DNA of 64,000 nt from Clostridia bacterium. GTDB lineage: Bacteria; Bacillota; Clostridia; UBA1212; DUPL01. The notes below the pieces were generated by a model, which saw only the letters and a program-made list of their open reading frames with translations, ran no database searches and was not told the origin of the DNA. The stretch spans positions 224,001 through 288,000 of the forward strand of contig JBMNIW010000003.1 in assembly GCA_050951325.1 (NCBI GenBank), given 5' to 3'. The position numbers were made by a program, and so were the translations under genes. Positions 51,086 through 62,414 of the stretch are shown piece by piece (the first letter of the stretch is position 1; the number at the start of each line of letters is the position of its first letter).

Positions 51086-53707
51086 TTACTTGTTAGCAAT
51101 TGCGGACCTTGCAGCTGCAAGCCTAGCAATCGGAACACGGAATGGTGAGCATGAAACGTAAGTCAGGCCAACCTTGTGACAGAACTCGATGGAGGATGGA
51201 TCTCCGCCGTGCTCTCCGCAAATACCAAGCTTGATATTGGGATTTGTCTGCTTGCCAAGACCTACAGCCATCTCAACCAGTTTGCCCACACCTGTTACAT
51301 CCAGTCTAGCCGTTGGATCTGACTCGAATATCTTGGCATTGTAGTAGTCCTCGAGTATTCTACCAGCGTCGTCACGGCTCAAACCGTAAGTCATCTGGGT
51401 CAGGTCGTTGGTTCCGAAGGAGAAGAAGTCTGCATCTTTTGCAATCTCGTCAGCAGTCAGACATGCTCTTGGAATCTCAATCATGGTACCTATCTTGTAC
51501 TCAACATTGACTCCGCTTTCAGCTATAATCTTGTCAGCAGTTGTCTTAATTACATTCTTCACGAATTTAAGCTCTTTTGATTCACTTACAAGAGGAATCA
51601 TGATCTCAGGAACCACATTCAAGCCTTCCTTGGTAACATTGATAGCTGCCTCGATGATAGCAGTTGTCTGCATGATTGCAATCTCAGGATATGAAACTGC
51701 AAGACGGCATCCTCTGTGGCCAAGCATTGGGTTGAGCTCATGCAGGTTGTCTATTCTAGCCTTAAGCTCGCTTACAGATATGCCTACAGCCTCTGCCAGC
51801 TCCTTGATTTCTCCTTCATCCTGAGGTACGAACTCATGTAGTGGTGGATCAAGCAGTCTGATGGTTACAGGCAGACCATTCATAGCCTTGAATATGCCTT
51901 CGAAGTCCTGTCTCTGCATTGGCAGGATTTCCTTCAAAGCATCCTTTCTCTGCTCTTCGTTGTTTGCAACAATCATTCTTCTGAATGCAAAGATTCTGCC
52001 TTCCTCAAAGAACATGTGCTCAGTACGGCAAAGTCCGATACCCTCTGCTCCAAAGCTTCTTGCAACTTCAGCATCCTTTGGTGAATCCGCATTGGTACGT
52101 ATTCCAAGGGTTCTGAACTCGTCAGCCCAAGCCATAAGGGTTGCAAAGTCTCCAGTAAGCTCTGGATTCTTGGTAGCAATCTGTCCAGCATATACATTAC
52201 CTGTGGAACCGTCAAGGGAGATCCAGTCGCCTTCCTTGTATACATTGCCACTCTTGTCTGTGAAGGTCTTTCCTTCTTCATTTATAGTGATTTCTGAGCA
52301 TCCTGCAACGCAGCATCTTCCCATGCCTCTTGCAACAACCGCAGCGTGGCTGGTCATTCCGCCTCTTCCAGTGAGGATACCCTGTGAAATATTCATTCCT
52401 TCAATATCCTCAGGTGATGTCTCAAGCCTTACAAGTATAACCTGCTCAACACCACTGTCAAATGCATTCTTTGCATCTTCAGCTGTGAAGTAGATTCTAC
52501 CTGTTGCAGCACCTGGTGAAGCCGGCAAACCCTTTGCGATTGGAGATGCCTTCTTCAATGCATCAGGATCAAAGGTTGGGTGCAGAAGTGCGTCAAGCTG
52601 TTTAGGATCAACCTGCATTACAGCCTCTTCCTTTGTGATGAGACCTTCATTAACCAGGTCAACAGCAATCTTTAAAGCAGCCTGAGCGGTTCTCTTACCG
52701 TTTCTTGTCTGCAGAATAAACAGTTTTCCTCTCTCTATAGTAAACTCAAGGTCCTGCATGTCCTTATAATGGTTTTCAAGCTTCTCAGCTATATCCATAA
52801 ACTGCTTGTACACATCCGGATTAACTTCCTTCAAATGAGATATTGGCTCAGGAGTTCTGATACCTGCAACAACGTCCTCACCCTGAGCATTCATTAGGAA
52901 CTCGCCGTAAAGCTCGTTATCACCAGTGGATGGATTCCTTGTAAATGCAACACCAGTACCAGAGTCTTCTCCCATGTTGCCGTAAACCATTTCCTGAACG
53001 TTGACTGCAGTACCCCATTCGCTTGGAATGTCATGCATTCTTCTGTAGTAGATGGCTCTTTCGTTATTCCAGGATTTGAAAACAGCTTCAACCGCATTGA
53101 TAAGCTGGGTCTTTGGCTCCTGTGGGAAATCTTCGCCCATTTCTTCTTTGTAGAGTTCCTTGTACTTCCTAACAACTCCCTTGAGATCTTCTGCGTCAAG
53201 CTCAGTGTCAAGAACAACACCTTTTGCTTCCTTGGTACCATCAAGAATTTTGTCAAACTTGGGTTTCTCTATTCCCATAACAACGTCTGAAAACATCTGG
53301 ATGAATCTTCTATAGCTGTCATATGCAAATCTTTCATTGCCTGTCAGCTTTGCAAGTCCTTCAACAACTTCGTCGTTTAGTCCCAGATTCAAAATTGTAT
53401 CCATCATGCCTGGCATTGATGCTCTTGCACCGGAACGAACTGAAACAAGGAAAGGATTGTTGGGATCGCCAAACTTTTTGCCAACCATTTCTTCAGTCTT
53501 GGCCAAAGAAGCATATATCTCATCAATAATCTCCGGAGCTATGGTTTCATCGTCTGCATAGTACCTTGTACATGCTTCAGTGGTAATTGTAAAACCATTT
53601 GGAACCGGCAATCCTAGAGATATCATTTCAGCAAGGTTAGCGCCTTTGCCGCCAAGCAAATTTCTCATACCAGCATTGCCTTCAGTAAACAAATATACGT
53701 ATTTCAT
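51086..53707 (-). CDS. ppdK: Pyruvate, phosphate dikinase
   Basis: LGGKGANLAEM, SMPGMMDT, GGMTSHAAVVARG, SFGTNDLTQ, GICGEHGG. Confidence 0.98.
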   Translation of the reverse strand: MKYVYLFTEGNAGMRNLLGGKGANLAEMISLGLPVPNGFTITTEACTRYYADDETIAPEIIDEIYASLAKTEEMVGKKFGDPNNPFLVSVRSGARASMPGMMDTILNLGLNDEVVEGLAKLTGNERFAYDSYRRFIQMFSDVVMGIEKPKFDKILDGTKEAKGVVLDTELDAEDLKGVVRKYKELYKEEMGEDFPQEPKTQLINAVEAVFKSWNNERAIYYRRMHDIPSEWGTAVNVQEMVYGNMGEDSGTGVAFTRNPSTGDNELYGEFLMNAQGEDVVAGIRTPEPISHLKEVNPDVYKQFMDIAEKLENHYKDMQDLEFTIERGKLFILQTRNGKRTAQAALKIAVDLVNEGLITKEEAVMQVDPKQLDALLHPTFDPDALKKASPIAKGLPASPGAATGRIYFTAEDAKNAFDSGVEQVILVRLETSPEDIEGMNISQGILTGRGGMTSHAAVVARGMGRCCVAGCSEITINEEGKTFTDKSGNVYKEGDWISLDGSTGNVYAGQIATKNPELTGDFATLMAWADEFRTLGIRTNADSPKDAEVARSFGAEGIGLCRTEHMFFEEGRIFAFRRMIVANNEEQRKDALKEILPMQRQDFEGIFKAMNGLPVTIRLLDPPLHEFVPQDEGEIKELAEAVGISVSELKARIDNLHELNPMLGHRGCRLAVSYPEIAIMQTTAIIEAAINVTKEGLNVVPEIMIPLVSESKELKFVKNVIKTTADKIIAESGVNVEYKIGTMIEIPRACLTADEIAKDADFFSFGTNDLTQMTYGLSRDDAGRILEDYYNAKIFESDPTARLDVTGVGKLVEMAVGLGKQTNPNIKLGICGEHGGDPSSIEFCHKVGLTYVSCSPFRVPIARLAAARSAIANK

Positions 53708-53774
53708 ACATTACCTCCATACATTATTTTATATTTTCCATCTATATCATCAATAAATAATTGATATTGGCATA

Positions 53775-55157
53775 TTAAAAATCAAACTTTCCTTCAAACC
53801 ATGAAATTAGTTCATCAATTGCAACTCTTGTCTGCTCCATTGTGTCCCTATCCCTGATTGTCACTTTGTTATCTTCAAGTGAATCAAAGTCAAAGGTGAC
53901 ACAGTAAGGAGTACCAATCTCATCCTGTCTTCTATATCTCTTGCCGATGCTGCCTGATTCATCAAATTCGCAGTAGAATTTTGTTATGAGAGTCTCATAA
54001 ACCTTGTATGCCTCATCGGAAAGCTTCTTTGAAAGAGGCAGAACGGCAACCTTGACGGGCGCAAGGTATGGATGGAATCTAAGTACAGTCCTTACATCGC
54101 CATCAGGCAGTTCTTCCTCTTCATACGCTTCGCAAAGGAATGCAAGAGTTACCCTGTCAGCACCAAGGGAAGGCTCAACACAATATGGAATGTATTTTTC
54201 ATTGGTTTCAGGATCAAAGTATGACATGTCTTCCTTTGTATACTCCATATGCTGCTTGAGGTCGTAGTCCGTTCTATCAGCTATGCCCCACAACTCTCCC
54301 CATGCAAAGGGGAATTTGTATTCAAAATCCGTTGTAGCCTTGCTGTAGAACGCCAGCTCTTCAGGACTGTGGTCCCTGAGCCTAAGATTTTCATCAGCAA
54401 TACCCAAATCCAGAAGCCACTTGTGGCAGAAGGTTCTCCAGTACTCAAACCATTCCAGATCGGTTCCAGGTTTGCAGAAGAACTCCAGTTCCATCTGCTC
54501 AAACTCTCTGGTTCTGAACGTAAAGTTTCCAGGAGTTATTTCATTTCTGAATGCCTTTCCTATCTGGGCAACGCCAAAAGGTATCTTCCTTCTGGTGGTT
54601 CTCTGTACGTTCTTGAAATTGACGAATATTCCCTGGGCTGTCTCCGGCCTCAAGTAAATCTCTGCCTGGGAGTCTTCAGTAACACCTTGATACGTTTTAA
54701 ACATCATGTTGAACTTTCTGATATTCGTAAGGTTTGCAGAACCACATTGAGGGCATCTTACATCGTTATCCTTGATGTATTGGGCAAGCTGTTCATCTCC
54801 CCAGCCATCCACATTTATTTCCTCGCCCTGTTTATTAGCCCACTCTTCAATAATTTTGTCTGCCCTGCCTCTTGCCTTGCAGTTTTTGCAGTCAATGAGC
54901 GGGTCGTTAAATCCGGCTACATGGCCAGACGCCTCCCATACTCTGGGGTTCATCAGAATAGCGCAATCAACACCAACATTGTACTTGCTTTCCTGGACAA
55001 ACTTCTTCCACCAGGCTTTCTTTACGTTGTTCTTCAGCTCCACACCCAGGGGGCCGTAGTCCCAGCTGTTTGCAAGACCACCGTAAATATCCGAACCCGG
55101 GTAAATAAAGCCTCTGTTTTTACAAAGAGCAACGATCTTCTCCATTGACTTCATCAA
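53775..55157 (-). CDS. glyQS: Glycine--tRNA ligase (alpha2 type)
   Basis: [47 protein letters not shown]. Confidence 0.97.
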   Translation of the reverse strand: MMKSMEKIVALCKNRGFIYPGSDIYGGLANSWDYGPLGVELKNNVKKAWWKKFVQESKYNVGVDCAILMNPRVWEASGHVAGFNDPLIDCKNCKARGRADKIIEEWANKQGEEINVDGWGDEQLAQYIKDNDVRCPQCGSANLTNIRKFNMMFKTYQGVTEDSQAEIYLRPETAQGIFVNFKNVQRTTRRKIPFGVAQIGKAFRNEITPGNFTFRTREFEQMELEFFCKPGTDLEWFEYWRTFCHKWLLDLGIADENLRLRDHSPEELAFYSKATTDFEYKFPFAWGELWGIADRTDYDLKQHMEYTKEDMSYFDPETNEKYIPYCVEPSLGADRVTLAFLCEAYEEEELPDGDVRTVLRFHPYLAPVKVAVLPLSKKLSDEAYKVYETLITKFYCEFDESGSIGKRYRRQDEIGTPYCVTFDFDSLEDNKVTIRDRDTMEQTRVAIDELISWFEGKFDF

Positions 55158-55165
55158 ATTTCCTC

Positions 55166-55405
55166 CTACTTAATGCCTTCTTTTTTTCTAACATAGTTGA
55201 CCTTGCCTTCAAGCACTTCATATATGGCAGTTGTCAAACTCTTTCTGTTTTCATCCTTGATACTGTCTTTCATGATTTTGTCCCTGTCAAGTCTGCTTTG
55301 TGAACCAGCAGTTACTTGTCTGGCTCTTTTAGAGACCATCATTACCAGCGTATATCTATCTCCTGACTTATCCAATAATTCTGCAATTGGAGGTTCAATC
55401 ATCAT
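55166..55405 (-). CDS. rpoZ: RNA polymerase omega subunit
   Basis: [14 protein letters not shown]; downstream of gmk. Confidence 0.92.
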   Translation of the reverse strand: MMIEPPIAELLDKSGDRYTLVMMVSKRARQVTAGSQSRLDRDKIMKDSIKDENRKSLTTAIYEVLEGKVNYVRKKEGIK

Positions 55406-55423
55406 AACTACTTCACCCTTTCC

Positions 55424-56020
55424 CTAAACAAGATCATATTTCTGCAATATCCCCTTATTTCTGAAACTCCTCCGTCTTTCTGCATGTATGATTTTTCTAA
55501 GTTCGCAAACCGCATTCTCTATCTTGTCATTGACAATTACATAGTCGCACATGCCGAACTGCATAAGTTCATGTCTTGCTGCATTTAGCCTTGCTCTTAT
55601 CTGCTCCTCGGTTTCAGACTCCCTGTTTCGTATTCTGAACTCAAGGTCCTGAAAAGAAGGCGGCAGCAAAAACACCGTAACTGCTTCTTCCTTAAAATGT
55701 TTTTTAATGGCTTGGGCACCAGGCAGAGTAATGTCAAGTGCAATATCCTTTCCTTCCTCCAGGTGCTTCTCCAAGGCAAAAATCGGAGTTCCGTACTTGT
55801 GACCGCAATAAACATCCCATTCTAGAATTTCATTATTGGCCAGCATTGTATCGAATTCATCCTCGCTACGGAAGTAGTAGCTTTTGCCTTCGACTTCAAA
55901 AGCCCTTTTGGCTCTGGTTGTTACAGACACAGAGTATCCTATGCTCTTGTCCTCTTCCAAAAGCCTGCTTAAAATCGAACCTTTCCCCACACCGGAAGGT
56001 CCGGATATGACAATAATCAT
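55424..56020 (-). CDS. gmk: Guanylate kinase
   Basis: [24 protein letters not shown]. Confidence 0.96.
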   Translation of the reverse strand: MIIVISGPSGVGKGSILSRLLEEDKSIGYSVSVTTRAKRAFEVEGKSYYFRSEDEFDTMLANNEILEWDVYCGHKYGTPIFALEKHLEEGKDIALDITLPGAQAIKKHFKEEAVTVFLLPPSFQDLEFRIRNRESETEEQIRARLNAARHELMQFGMCDYVIVNDKIENAVCELRKIIHAERRRSFRNKGILQKYDLV

Positions 56021-56313
56021 TCAGGAATAACCTCCTTGTCTTCATCGCAATCGCCTTCGTTGTTAATTCTGGCTGCAATGGTTTCAGGTTGAACAGCGCT
56101 TAATATGACATGATCGCTGTCGGTTATTATTACCGCCCTGGTGCGTCTGCCATTTGTAGCATCAACACACATGGACCTTTCTTTTCCCTCCTGCACTAAT
56201 CTCTTTATTGGTGCGGAGTCAGGACTTACCACAGCAACTATCCTATTTGCAAGCATCATGTTTCCATACCCAATGTTCACAAGCTTCATGTTAACCTCCA
56301 TACCACTACTCAA
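56017..56313 (-). CDS. remA: Extracellular matrix regulator RemA (DUF370)
   Basis: [35 protein letters not shown]. Confidence 0.93.
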   Translation of the reverse strand: MSSGMEVNMKLVNIGYGNMMLANRIVAVVSPDSAPIKRLVQEGKERSMCVDATNGRRTRAVIITDSDHVILSAVQPETIAARINNEGDCDEDKEVIPE

Positions 56314-57199
56314 TGTTTTGAATCTGCTCCCTGAATTTCTCTATCTCGCTTTTTAAAGCAATCACATTCTCAGTTATTTCAATACTGTTTGTCTTGGAGC
56401 CAATTGTATTCACTTCCCTGTTCATCTCCTGAACCAGAAAGTCCAGAGTTCTTCCCGCAACTCCGCCATCTGAAAGAATATTTCTTCCCTGCGTTATGTG
56501 GCTGTCAAGCCTTGCAATCTCCTCGTCAATATTGCATTTGTCTGCAAACAATGCAACCTCTATAGCAATTCTTTCATCAATCATATCCACAGGTTGCGTT
56601 AGAAGTTCATCAAGTCTCTGTTCCAGCTTCTTCTTGTATTCAATTGGCACCTGGGGACTTTTCTCTTTGATTTCAGCAAAACATTTCTCCATGTTGGCAA
56701 GTATATCCAGCAAGTTTTTAGATATTGCACTGCCTTCTTTTTCCCTCATTTCAACAACATTCAGAAGTGCCTGCTCACAAGCCACACCAAGAATCTCCCA
56801 TATTTTCTCCGTATCAACTTCATCATAAACTATAGTGTAGCTTTCAGGAAACTGTAAAATTGTAGAGGTGGTAACATCATTGTCAAGGCCGAACTTTTCA
56901 GATAGCGCCTTCATGGATTCAAGCAGTGAAACAATCAAATCCTCATTAAGGACAACCGTATTTTGCTGTGTTTTGATATTGTATGAAGTAATGAATATAT
57001 CAACTTTTCCTCTGGTAATATGCTTTTTAACCAGTTTGTGAATCTTTTCCTCAAGGGAAATCAAATCTCTTGGCATTCTCACATTTATATCAATATACCT
57101 GTGGTTTACCGTTTTAATTTCTACAATAAAACGCCGCTCACCATCAGAATATTCACCCCTGCCAAAACCTGTCATGCTTCTTAACATATATACCCCCAA
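56306..57199 (-). CDS. yicC: YicC/YloC family endoribonuclease
   Basis: [50 protein letters not shown]. Confidence 0.95.
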   Translation of the reverse strand: MGVYMLRSMTGFGRGEYSDGERRFIVEIKTVNHRYIDINVRMPRDLISLEEKIHKLVKKHITRGKVDIFITSYNIKTQQNTVVLNEDLIVSLLESMKALSEKFGLDNDVTTSTILQFPESYTIVYDEVDTEKIWEILGVACEQALLNVVEMREKEGSAISKNLLDILANMEKCFAEIKEKSPQVPIEYKKKLEQRLDELLTQPVDMIDERIAIEVALFADKCNIDEEIARLDSHITQGRNILSDGGVAGRTLDFLVQEMNREVNTIGSKTNSIEITENVIALKSEIEKFREQIQNIE

Positions 57200-57277
57200 A
57201 TATCATAAACACAAGGATGACACAACAAAAAAGTTGCATCTGTAGTATTATACCACAATGTCAAATAAAAACAATAC

Positions 57278-58039
57278 TTAGCATTCAAACTCATATGCAA
57301 TGCAGCTTGTCACATACAAGGAAGCGGTTTCTGTTCTAAGTATTCTTTTCCCTAAAGTAACGGGTATAAAGCCACTTTCTTCAGCTTCACCAGCCTCCTG
57401 CCTTGATATACCGCCTTCAGGCCCAATAAGTACATCAAAACTCAAGTCTTCCTCTTTTTCAATACTGCCAATAAACTTCTTCAAATGAAGCTCATTCTCA
57501 TTTTCATAAGGCATGATTTTAAATTTGCCTTTTGAATGCTTCAAAAATTCCTTGAAAAAAACAGGTGGCAAAACCTCTGGAACCTTTGCCCTTCCACACT
57601 GCTTTGCAGCCTCAAGGGCAATCCTGTTCCACCTGTCCACCCTTTTTCTAACATCCTTCCCCTCAATTCTTACAATAGTCCTCTCCATGATTACAGGAAC
57701 AATCAAAGATGCACCAAGCTCCACATTCTTTTGAATAATTAAATCCATCTTGTCCCCTTTGGGAAGCCCCTGGTAAAGAACAACTTCCACATTCAATTCA
57801 GTATCCATTTTGGTTCTTTTATTAATAATTGCAACAATCCTGTCTTTTAATATTTCATCAATCGTACAATCATATAAAAACCCTTCAGAGGAAATCATAA
57901 TATTATCGCCTTTTGAATGCCTCAAAACATTGGCAATATGATTCACATCACTGCCTGTAATCTCAACCGTATTCTCTTTTATCTGCTCTGGTAGAACAAA
58001 GAATCTTCCCACTAAAATCACCTGTTGAAAATTGAACAA
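57278..58039 (-). CDS. rsmE: 16S rRNA m3U1498 methyltransferase
   Basis: HIANVLR, QKNVELG, EAAKQCGR, IGPEGG, LGKRILRTETA. Confidence 0.95.
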   Translation of the reverse strand: MFNFQQVILVGRFFVLPEQIKENTVEITGSDVNHIANVLRHSKGDNIMISSEGFLYDCTIDEILKDRIVAIINKRTKMDTELNVEVVLYQGLPKGDKMDLIIQKNVELGASLIVPVIMERTIVRIEGKDVRKRVDRWNRIALEAAKQCGRAKVPEVLPPVFFKEFLKHSKGKFKIMPYENENELHLKKFIGSIEKEEDLSFDVLIGPEGGISRQEAGEAEESGFIPVTLGKRILRTETASLYVTSCIAYEFEC

Positions 58040-58096
58040 CCTTTATTTTACCAAAAATTCTGCATAAAGTAAAACACGGAACATACGTTCCGCATT

Positions 58097-59155
58097 TTAC
58101 TTTACAACCTTGTTCGCATACTCTTTTAACAACCTTACATACACCTTGTAATTCTCAAGCGACACATCCGGCGGAGTCTGGTGATCCACCCCTATAATTA
58201 CTTTTCCTTTTATACAGCTTGGAAGAATTCTTTCAAACTCTCGCCGCATGGCTTCCTCTCCAAACTTCATGCACATTTTGTCAAAATGTCCTAAAAAAGT
58301 CATCTGCGGCTGTTTTTCTATGTAAAGACTTACATCCACACCCGCCTGCCTCTCAAGAGGCAGCATGCCGTCTGCATCAACTGAGGCATACCAGTCAACT
58401 GCCTCTGTTATGTCTCCGTCACTATCTATGATTACAGGTATATCGCACCTTTTTATAACCGGGATAATCTCCCTGTAATATGGTGCAAGGAATGTGTCAA
58501 ACATGTCCTTGGATATCATGGGGCCCTTGTTGTAGCTCATGTCTTCTGCAAAGGTCATGAAATCAAACCTGAAGCTATTCCCTATAAACTCAAATAGTTT
58601 TTTCAGCCATGAAACATAGTCCTCACACATTTCATGCAATAGCTCATCATTGTCATAGAAACTGTACAGATGTTCCTCTATTCCAAAAAGTTCTCTCGGA
58701 TACCAAAAGAATCCCTCAACGGTGCAGAAATGAACATAATCGCCTTTCTGTCTTGTTTTTTCAAGCCAATCAAAATGCTCCTTGGACACTATTTTCGTCA
58801 CATCGGGAAACATTGTAGGCTTTATTCTCTCATAATCTTCCCTTGACTTCATTATGCCGGTTCCATGAGGCACTGCAGCAGGGGTCATGGCAGTCCTTAC
58901 AGGAAAATATGTCTGAATGCATTTGTCAAGACCAAAATAGTCCTGCAGCTCTACATAACCCGCATTCTCTCTGGGAAGGCCTTCACTTATCCACCTCGCT
59001 ACCGTAAGATGCCACCAGGGAGCCCACTCCATTACCGGCAGCCTGTCTATTTCCTTCCCTCTTATCAATTTCCCTATTCTTTCACTTGCGGTCATATCAT
59101 TTACTCCTCTTAACAAAACTAAATATATAATATACCCGAAAGAAAAGGAATACAA
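58097..59155 (-). CDS. Uroporphyrinogen decarboxylase (URO-D/MtaA) family protein
   Basis: AEDMSY..PMIS, DSDGD, GHFDK, DHQTPPDV; true start probably MTASE. Confidence 0.85.
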   Translation of the reverse strand: MYSFSFGYIIYLVLLRGVNDMTASERIGKLIRGKEIDRLPVMEWAPWWHLTVARWISEGLPRENAGYVELQDYFGLDKCIQTYFPVRTAMTPAAVPHGTGIMKSREDYERIKPTMFPDVTKIVSKEHFDWLEKTRQKGDYVHFCTVEGFFWYPRELFGIEEHLYSFYDNDELLHEMCEDYVSWLKKLFEFIGNSFRFDFMTFAEDMSYNKGPMISKDMFDTFLAPYYREIIPVIKRCDIPVIIDSDGDITEAVDWYASVDADGMLPLERQAGVDVSLYIEKQPQMTFLGHFDKMCMKFGEEAMRREFERILPSCIKGKVIIGVDHQTPPDVSLENYKVYVRLLKEYANKVVK

Positions 59156-59157
59156 GA

Positions 59158-60750
59158 CTATCCTTCCAAATCCCTTTTGTTAAACCCTGCAAATCCTGCC
59201 CAAATCAATACAAATGCAATAACCGTTATTAAAACCAGATTTAAAGGCTTCATCTCGTCCACCGGCAATTTGGGAGTATATCCATAAGGGGTAAGTTTTT
59301 TGGTCCATTTGGGCAGCTTTAGCAAATTACCCATATACTCAGTAAAGAAGCAATATCCAAGATACACCCAAACAGCGCTCGATGCTTTTGGCAGGCAACC
59401 TACAAAAAAGACAGCAATACCCAGCAGCAATAACGCAGCAGGCATGTATACAAGCCCGTTAGCAAGCATTCTTCCTAAAGATAGCGGGCTGTCCATAACA
59501 GCACTACCGGAAGACCACAATCCAACAACAGCGGCAAACTGCATAATAAAGGCAAGAATTGCCGAAGAAAACACATAGCAGGCAAGATAGCTTTTTCTTG
59601 ACACGGCTCTTGCCATAATATGCTCGTTTCTTCCCCTTATTTCTTCTCCTCTAATCTTTAAAACCAGCTGAAGTACCGGTACAAGGCCGCACATGGCCAG
59701 AATAACCAGTATCAATGTAATAAACTGTTCTGTCATAGTATAATCAGCATTCTGAGGAAGCATAAGCTTGAACATTTCATTAGTTTCAAAAAAGGAGTCC
59801 AAGTCACCCAACACTGAACCATAGGAAGCGCCCAGCACATAAATACCAACAAGCCATGCAATAGTGGAGGTTCTTGATATTCTAAGCACCAGACCCAAGG
59901 GACTTTGCAAAAATCTTGTAGCATGCGTCCTTCCAGGCTTTGAGGCAACAAGACCTGCTCCATGGTCCCTGACAGAATTTAGATAAAGTGCCACACCAGC
60001 AAACACTAAAGATATTAATACCAAAAGTATAATCATTAACCAGTTATTCTTGTAATATGGATAGGTGCGGTAAGCAACTCCCATAGGCGACAGATATGAC
60101 AAAGCTTCGCTGCCTAAGTCTCCTGCAGCACGCACAAGGTAAGAGACTATCATGAATGTAAAGGAAAATCCTACAACCCCCAGATTGGTCTCAAAAACCT
60201 GGGCAAACAAAGCAGTTATGGCAGCATAACAAAGTCCTGACATACCCAAACTAAACCCATAAACCAGCGAGCCATTAAGACCCATAGTATCTGAATTCAA
60301 AGCAAATATGCCCACTCCTGTCAGTACTGCAATTATCAAATTTATCCCTATGGCAACAACAAAAGTCGAAGCTAGGTTAGCCAATCTTCCCACAGGTTGA
60401 GACATGACAACTTCTAGCCGCCCCAGTTCCTCATCCTTTCTTGTATGTCTGGCAACAAACAATATATTCATTATTGCCACAGATACAATTGAGAACAAAA
60501 GCATTTCATGGGCATACATGATATCTTGTGTGTATGTTTCGCCATAAACAGGCCCAATCATGGCCACCATAGCATGATTTTTCAGTGTCTCGGCCATGAT
60601 GTCCCTTTCTTCCTGCGTCGGGAACATTTCACCAAAAAAGACGGAGAATATTAAAGTCAGGCCAATTATTGAAACAAGCCAGACTAAAAGTCTTATCCTG
60701 TCCCGTCGCAATATAAATCGAATAAGTCTTTTTGTATTGTGTACCAGCAT
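59158..60750 (-). CDS. ABC exporter permease (tetronasin-resistance TnrB3-like)
   Basis: Duplicated halves LRRDR, TRKDEELGRLE/RGEEIRGRNE, RAAGD, FNKRDL. Confidence 0.85.
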   Translation of the reverse strand: MLVHNTKRLIRFILRRDRIRLLVWLVSIIGLTLIFSVFFGEMFPTQEERDIMAETLKNHAMVAMIGPVYGETYTQDIMYAHEMLLFSIVSVAIMNILFVARHTRKDEELGRLEVVMSQPVGRLANLASTFVVAIGINLIIAVLTGVGIFALNSDTMGLNGSLVYGFSLGMSGLCYAAITALFAQVFETNLGVVGFSFTFMIVSYLVRAAGDLGSEALSYLSPMGVAYRTYPYYKNNWLMIILLVLISLVFAGVALYLNSVRDHGAGLVASKPGRTHATRFLQSPLGLVLRISRTSTIAWLVGIYVLGASYGSVLGDLDSFFETNEMFKLMLPQNADYTMTEQFITLILVILAMCGLVPVLQLVLKIRGEEIRGRNEHIMARAVSRKSYLACYVFSSAILAFIMQFAAVVGLWSSGSAVMDSPLSLGRMLANGLVYMPAALLLLGIAVFFVGCLPKASSAVWVYLGYCFFTEYMGNLLKLPKWTKKLTPYGYTPKLPVDEMKPLNLVLITVIAFVLIWAGFAGFNKRDLEG

Positions 60751-60759
60751 CTTACCACC

Positions 60760-61653
60760 TTACCCTTCATAATGGCGCATAAAGAGCTCTTCCAATGTAA
60801 TCGGCATGCTTTCAAGACGAACAATCCCAAAATTTGCAATGTACTCCATGACATGCCCAATGGTGTCGGATTCTATCTGTACAAGATACCCTTCATCCTT
60901 TTTTGATAAGCCAAGCACACCATCAATGGATTCAAGCCCCAATAGTTCCTGTCTTGTCTCCACATATATATCAGTTCTCGTCAGATGGCGAAGTTCCTTA
61001 AGAGAACCAGACTCAATTATCCTCCCCTGCCTTATAATACTTACCTTGTCACACAGCTTTTCCACTTCCGAAAGTATGTGACTGGATAAGAGCACACTCT
61101 TTCCTTCGTTTTTTACTTCCTTTACGCATTTTTGAAACACTTTCTCCATCAATGGATCAAGACCGGATGTAGGCTCGTCAAGAATGTATAAATCCGCATC
61201 CGATGCAAAAGCTGCAACAAGAGCAACCTTCTGTCTGTTTCCTTTTGAATACGTTCTACACTTTTTGGAAGGATCGAGGTCAAACATTTCAATAAGTTCG
61301 TCTCTTCTGGATTTTGAGTTGTTTCCTCTCAAACTTACAAACAAATCAATGACTTCACCACCGGTAAGATTGGACCACAAATTCACCTCACCTGGCACGT
61401 ATGCAATGCGCTTATGTATCTCTACCGCATCTTTCCATGAATCCATCCCGAAGATGCTTGCCTTTCCGCCTGTTGCCTGCAAAATACCTAAAAGAATCCT
61501 TATGGTGGTTGTCTTGCCTGCGCCATTAGGTCCAATAAAACCATAAACCTCTCCGCTTTTTACCTCCAGGTTCACCTTGTCAAGAGCTGTGAAATTTCCA
61601 AACTTCTTCACCAGATCTTCCGTTTTTAATATAACCATAAACATCCTCCTCAT
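60760..61653 (-). CDS. ABC transporter ATP-binding protein
   Basis: GPNGAGKTT, YSKGNRQK, ILDEPTSGLD, SSH. Confidence 0.95.
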   Translation of the reverse strand: MRRMFMVILKTEDLVKKFGNFTALDKVNLEVKSGEVYGFIGPNGAGKTTTIRILLGILQATGGKASIFGMDSWKDAVEIHKRIAYVPGEVNLWSNLTGGEVIDLFVSLRGNNSKSRRDELIEMFDLDPSKKCRTYSKGNRQKVALVAAFASDADLYILDEPTSGLDPLMEKVFQKCVKEVKNEGKSVLLSSHILSEVEKLCDKVSIIRQGRIIESGSLKELRHLTRTDIYVETRQELLGLESIDGVLGLSKKDEGYLVQIESDTIGHVMEYIANFGIVRLESMPITLEELFMRHYEG

Positions 61654-62273
61654 TTATAAAATATGGTTTTCAAATCATCAATGTATTCATAAAACTCGTC
61701 CCACAAGGGCTGAACATCCATCTCATTAAAATTTGTGCCTTTCAGTCTTTCAGTAAGCTCCATCTCATATCCCGATATCATAAGCTTGATATACCTAATA
61801 ACTTTTTCTTCCGTAAAATCACTTCTAAACAATGATGTATCTATATTCCTGAAAAGCTTCCCATACCCAACCCCACTTATTTCCTTTATCCTTCTTTTCA
61901 AGTTCTCAGGCAACCCTTCCATATCGCTGTTCAAATATACATTTGCCATGAAGTTAAAGATATATGGTCTTTTTTTGTACGCTTCAAACTTCACCCTGCT
62001 TATAATCTTCCATTTCTCAAGAAAATCCGTTTCATTTTCATCAATTTTGTCCACATATTCCCTCTTTATATACTCAATACCTTCTTCAACAAGATATATA
62101 TACAAATCCTTTTTGCTGTTGAAATAGAAGAAAAGCATTCCCTTTCCAATACCTGCTTCCTTGACAATCCTGTTGGTCGACGCATTATCATACGTATTCC
62201 TGGAAAACTCGTTGTATGCAGCTTCCAATATCCTCTTCTTCTTTTCCGGATTCAGCTTTAAAAACTTGTCCAC
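61650..62273 (-). CDS. TetR family transcriptional regulator
   Basis: ASTNRIVKEAGIGKGMLFFYFNSK HTH. Confidence 0.93.
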   Translation of the reverse strand: MDKFLKLNPEKKKRILEAAYNEFSRNTYDNASTNRIVKEAGIGKGMLFFYFNSKKDLYIYLVEEGIEYIKREYVDKIDENETDFLEKWKIISRVKFEAYKKRPYIFNFMANVYLNSDMEGLPENLKRRIKEISGVGYGKLFRNIDTSLFRSDFTEEKVIRYIKLMISGYEMELTERLKGTNFNEMDVQPLWDEFYEYIDDLKTIFYK

Positions 62274-62290
62274 CTATTACCACCTCCATT

Positions 62291-62338
62291 CATAGACCGT
62301 CTTGGTCTATGGTAACATAATAGACCATGGTGGTCAAT
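62291..62338 (-). promoter_or_regulatory. tetR-ABC promoter with two tandem TAGACC-N5-GGTCWA operators
   Basis: CATAGACC-N5-GGTCTATG (62291-62311) and ATAGACC-N5-GGTCAAT (62320-62338) overlap TTGACC-17-TACCAT on the minus strand. Confidence 0.8.
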
Positions 62339-62414
62339 AGTTTTTACATAAAAAACCTTTAAAAACCAAAAATAAATGGTATAATAGTTGGAATAAAAAA
62401 AAGGAGGGGGAAAA

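Noticed and set aside
62274-62414. SAM riboswitch upstream of yitJ
   Set aside because: The gap is short and filled by the TetR operators and promoters; no S-box motifs were seen.
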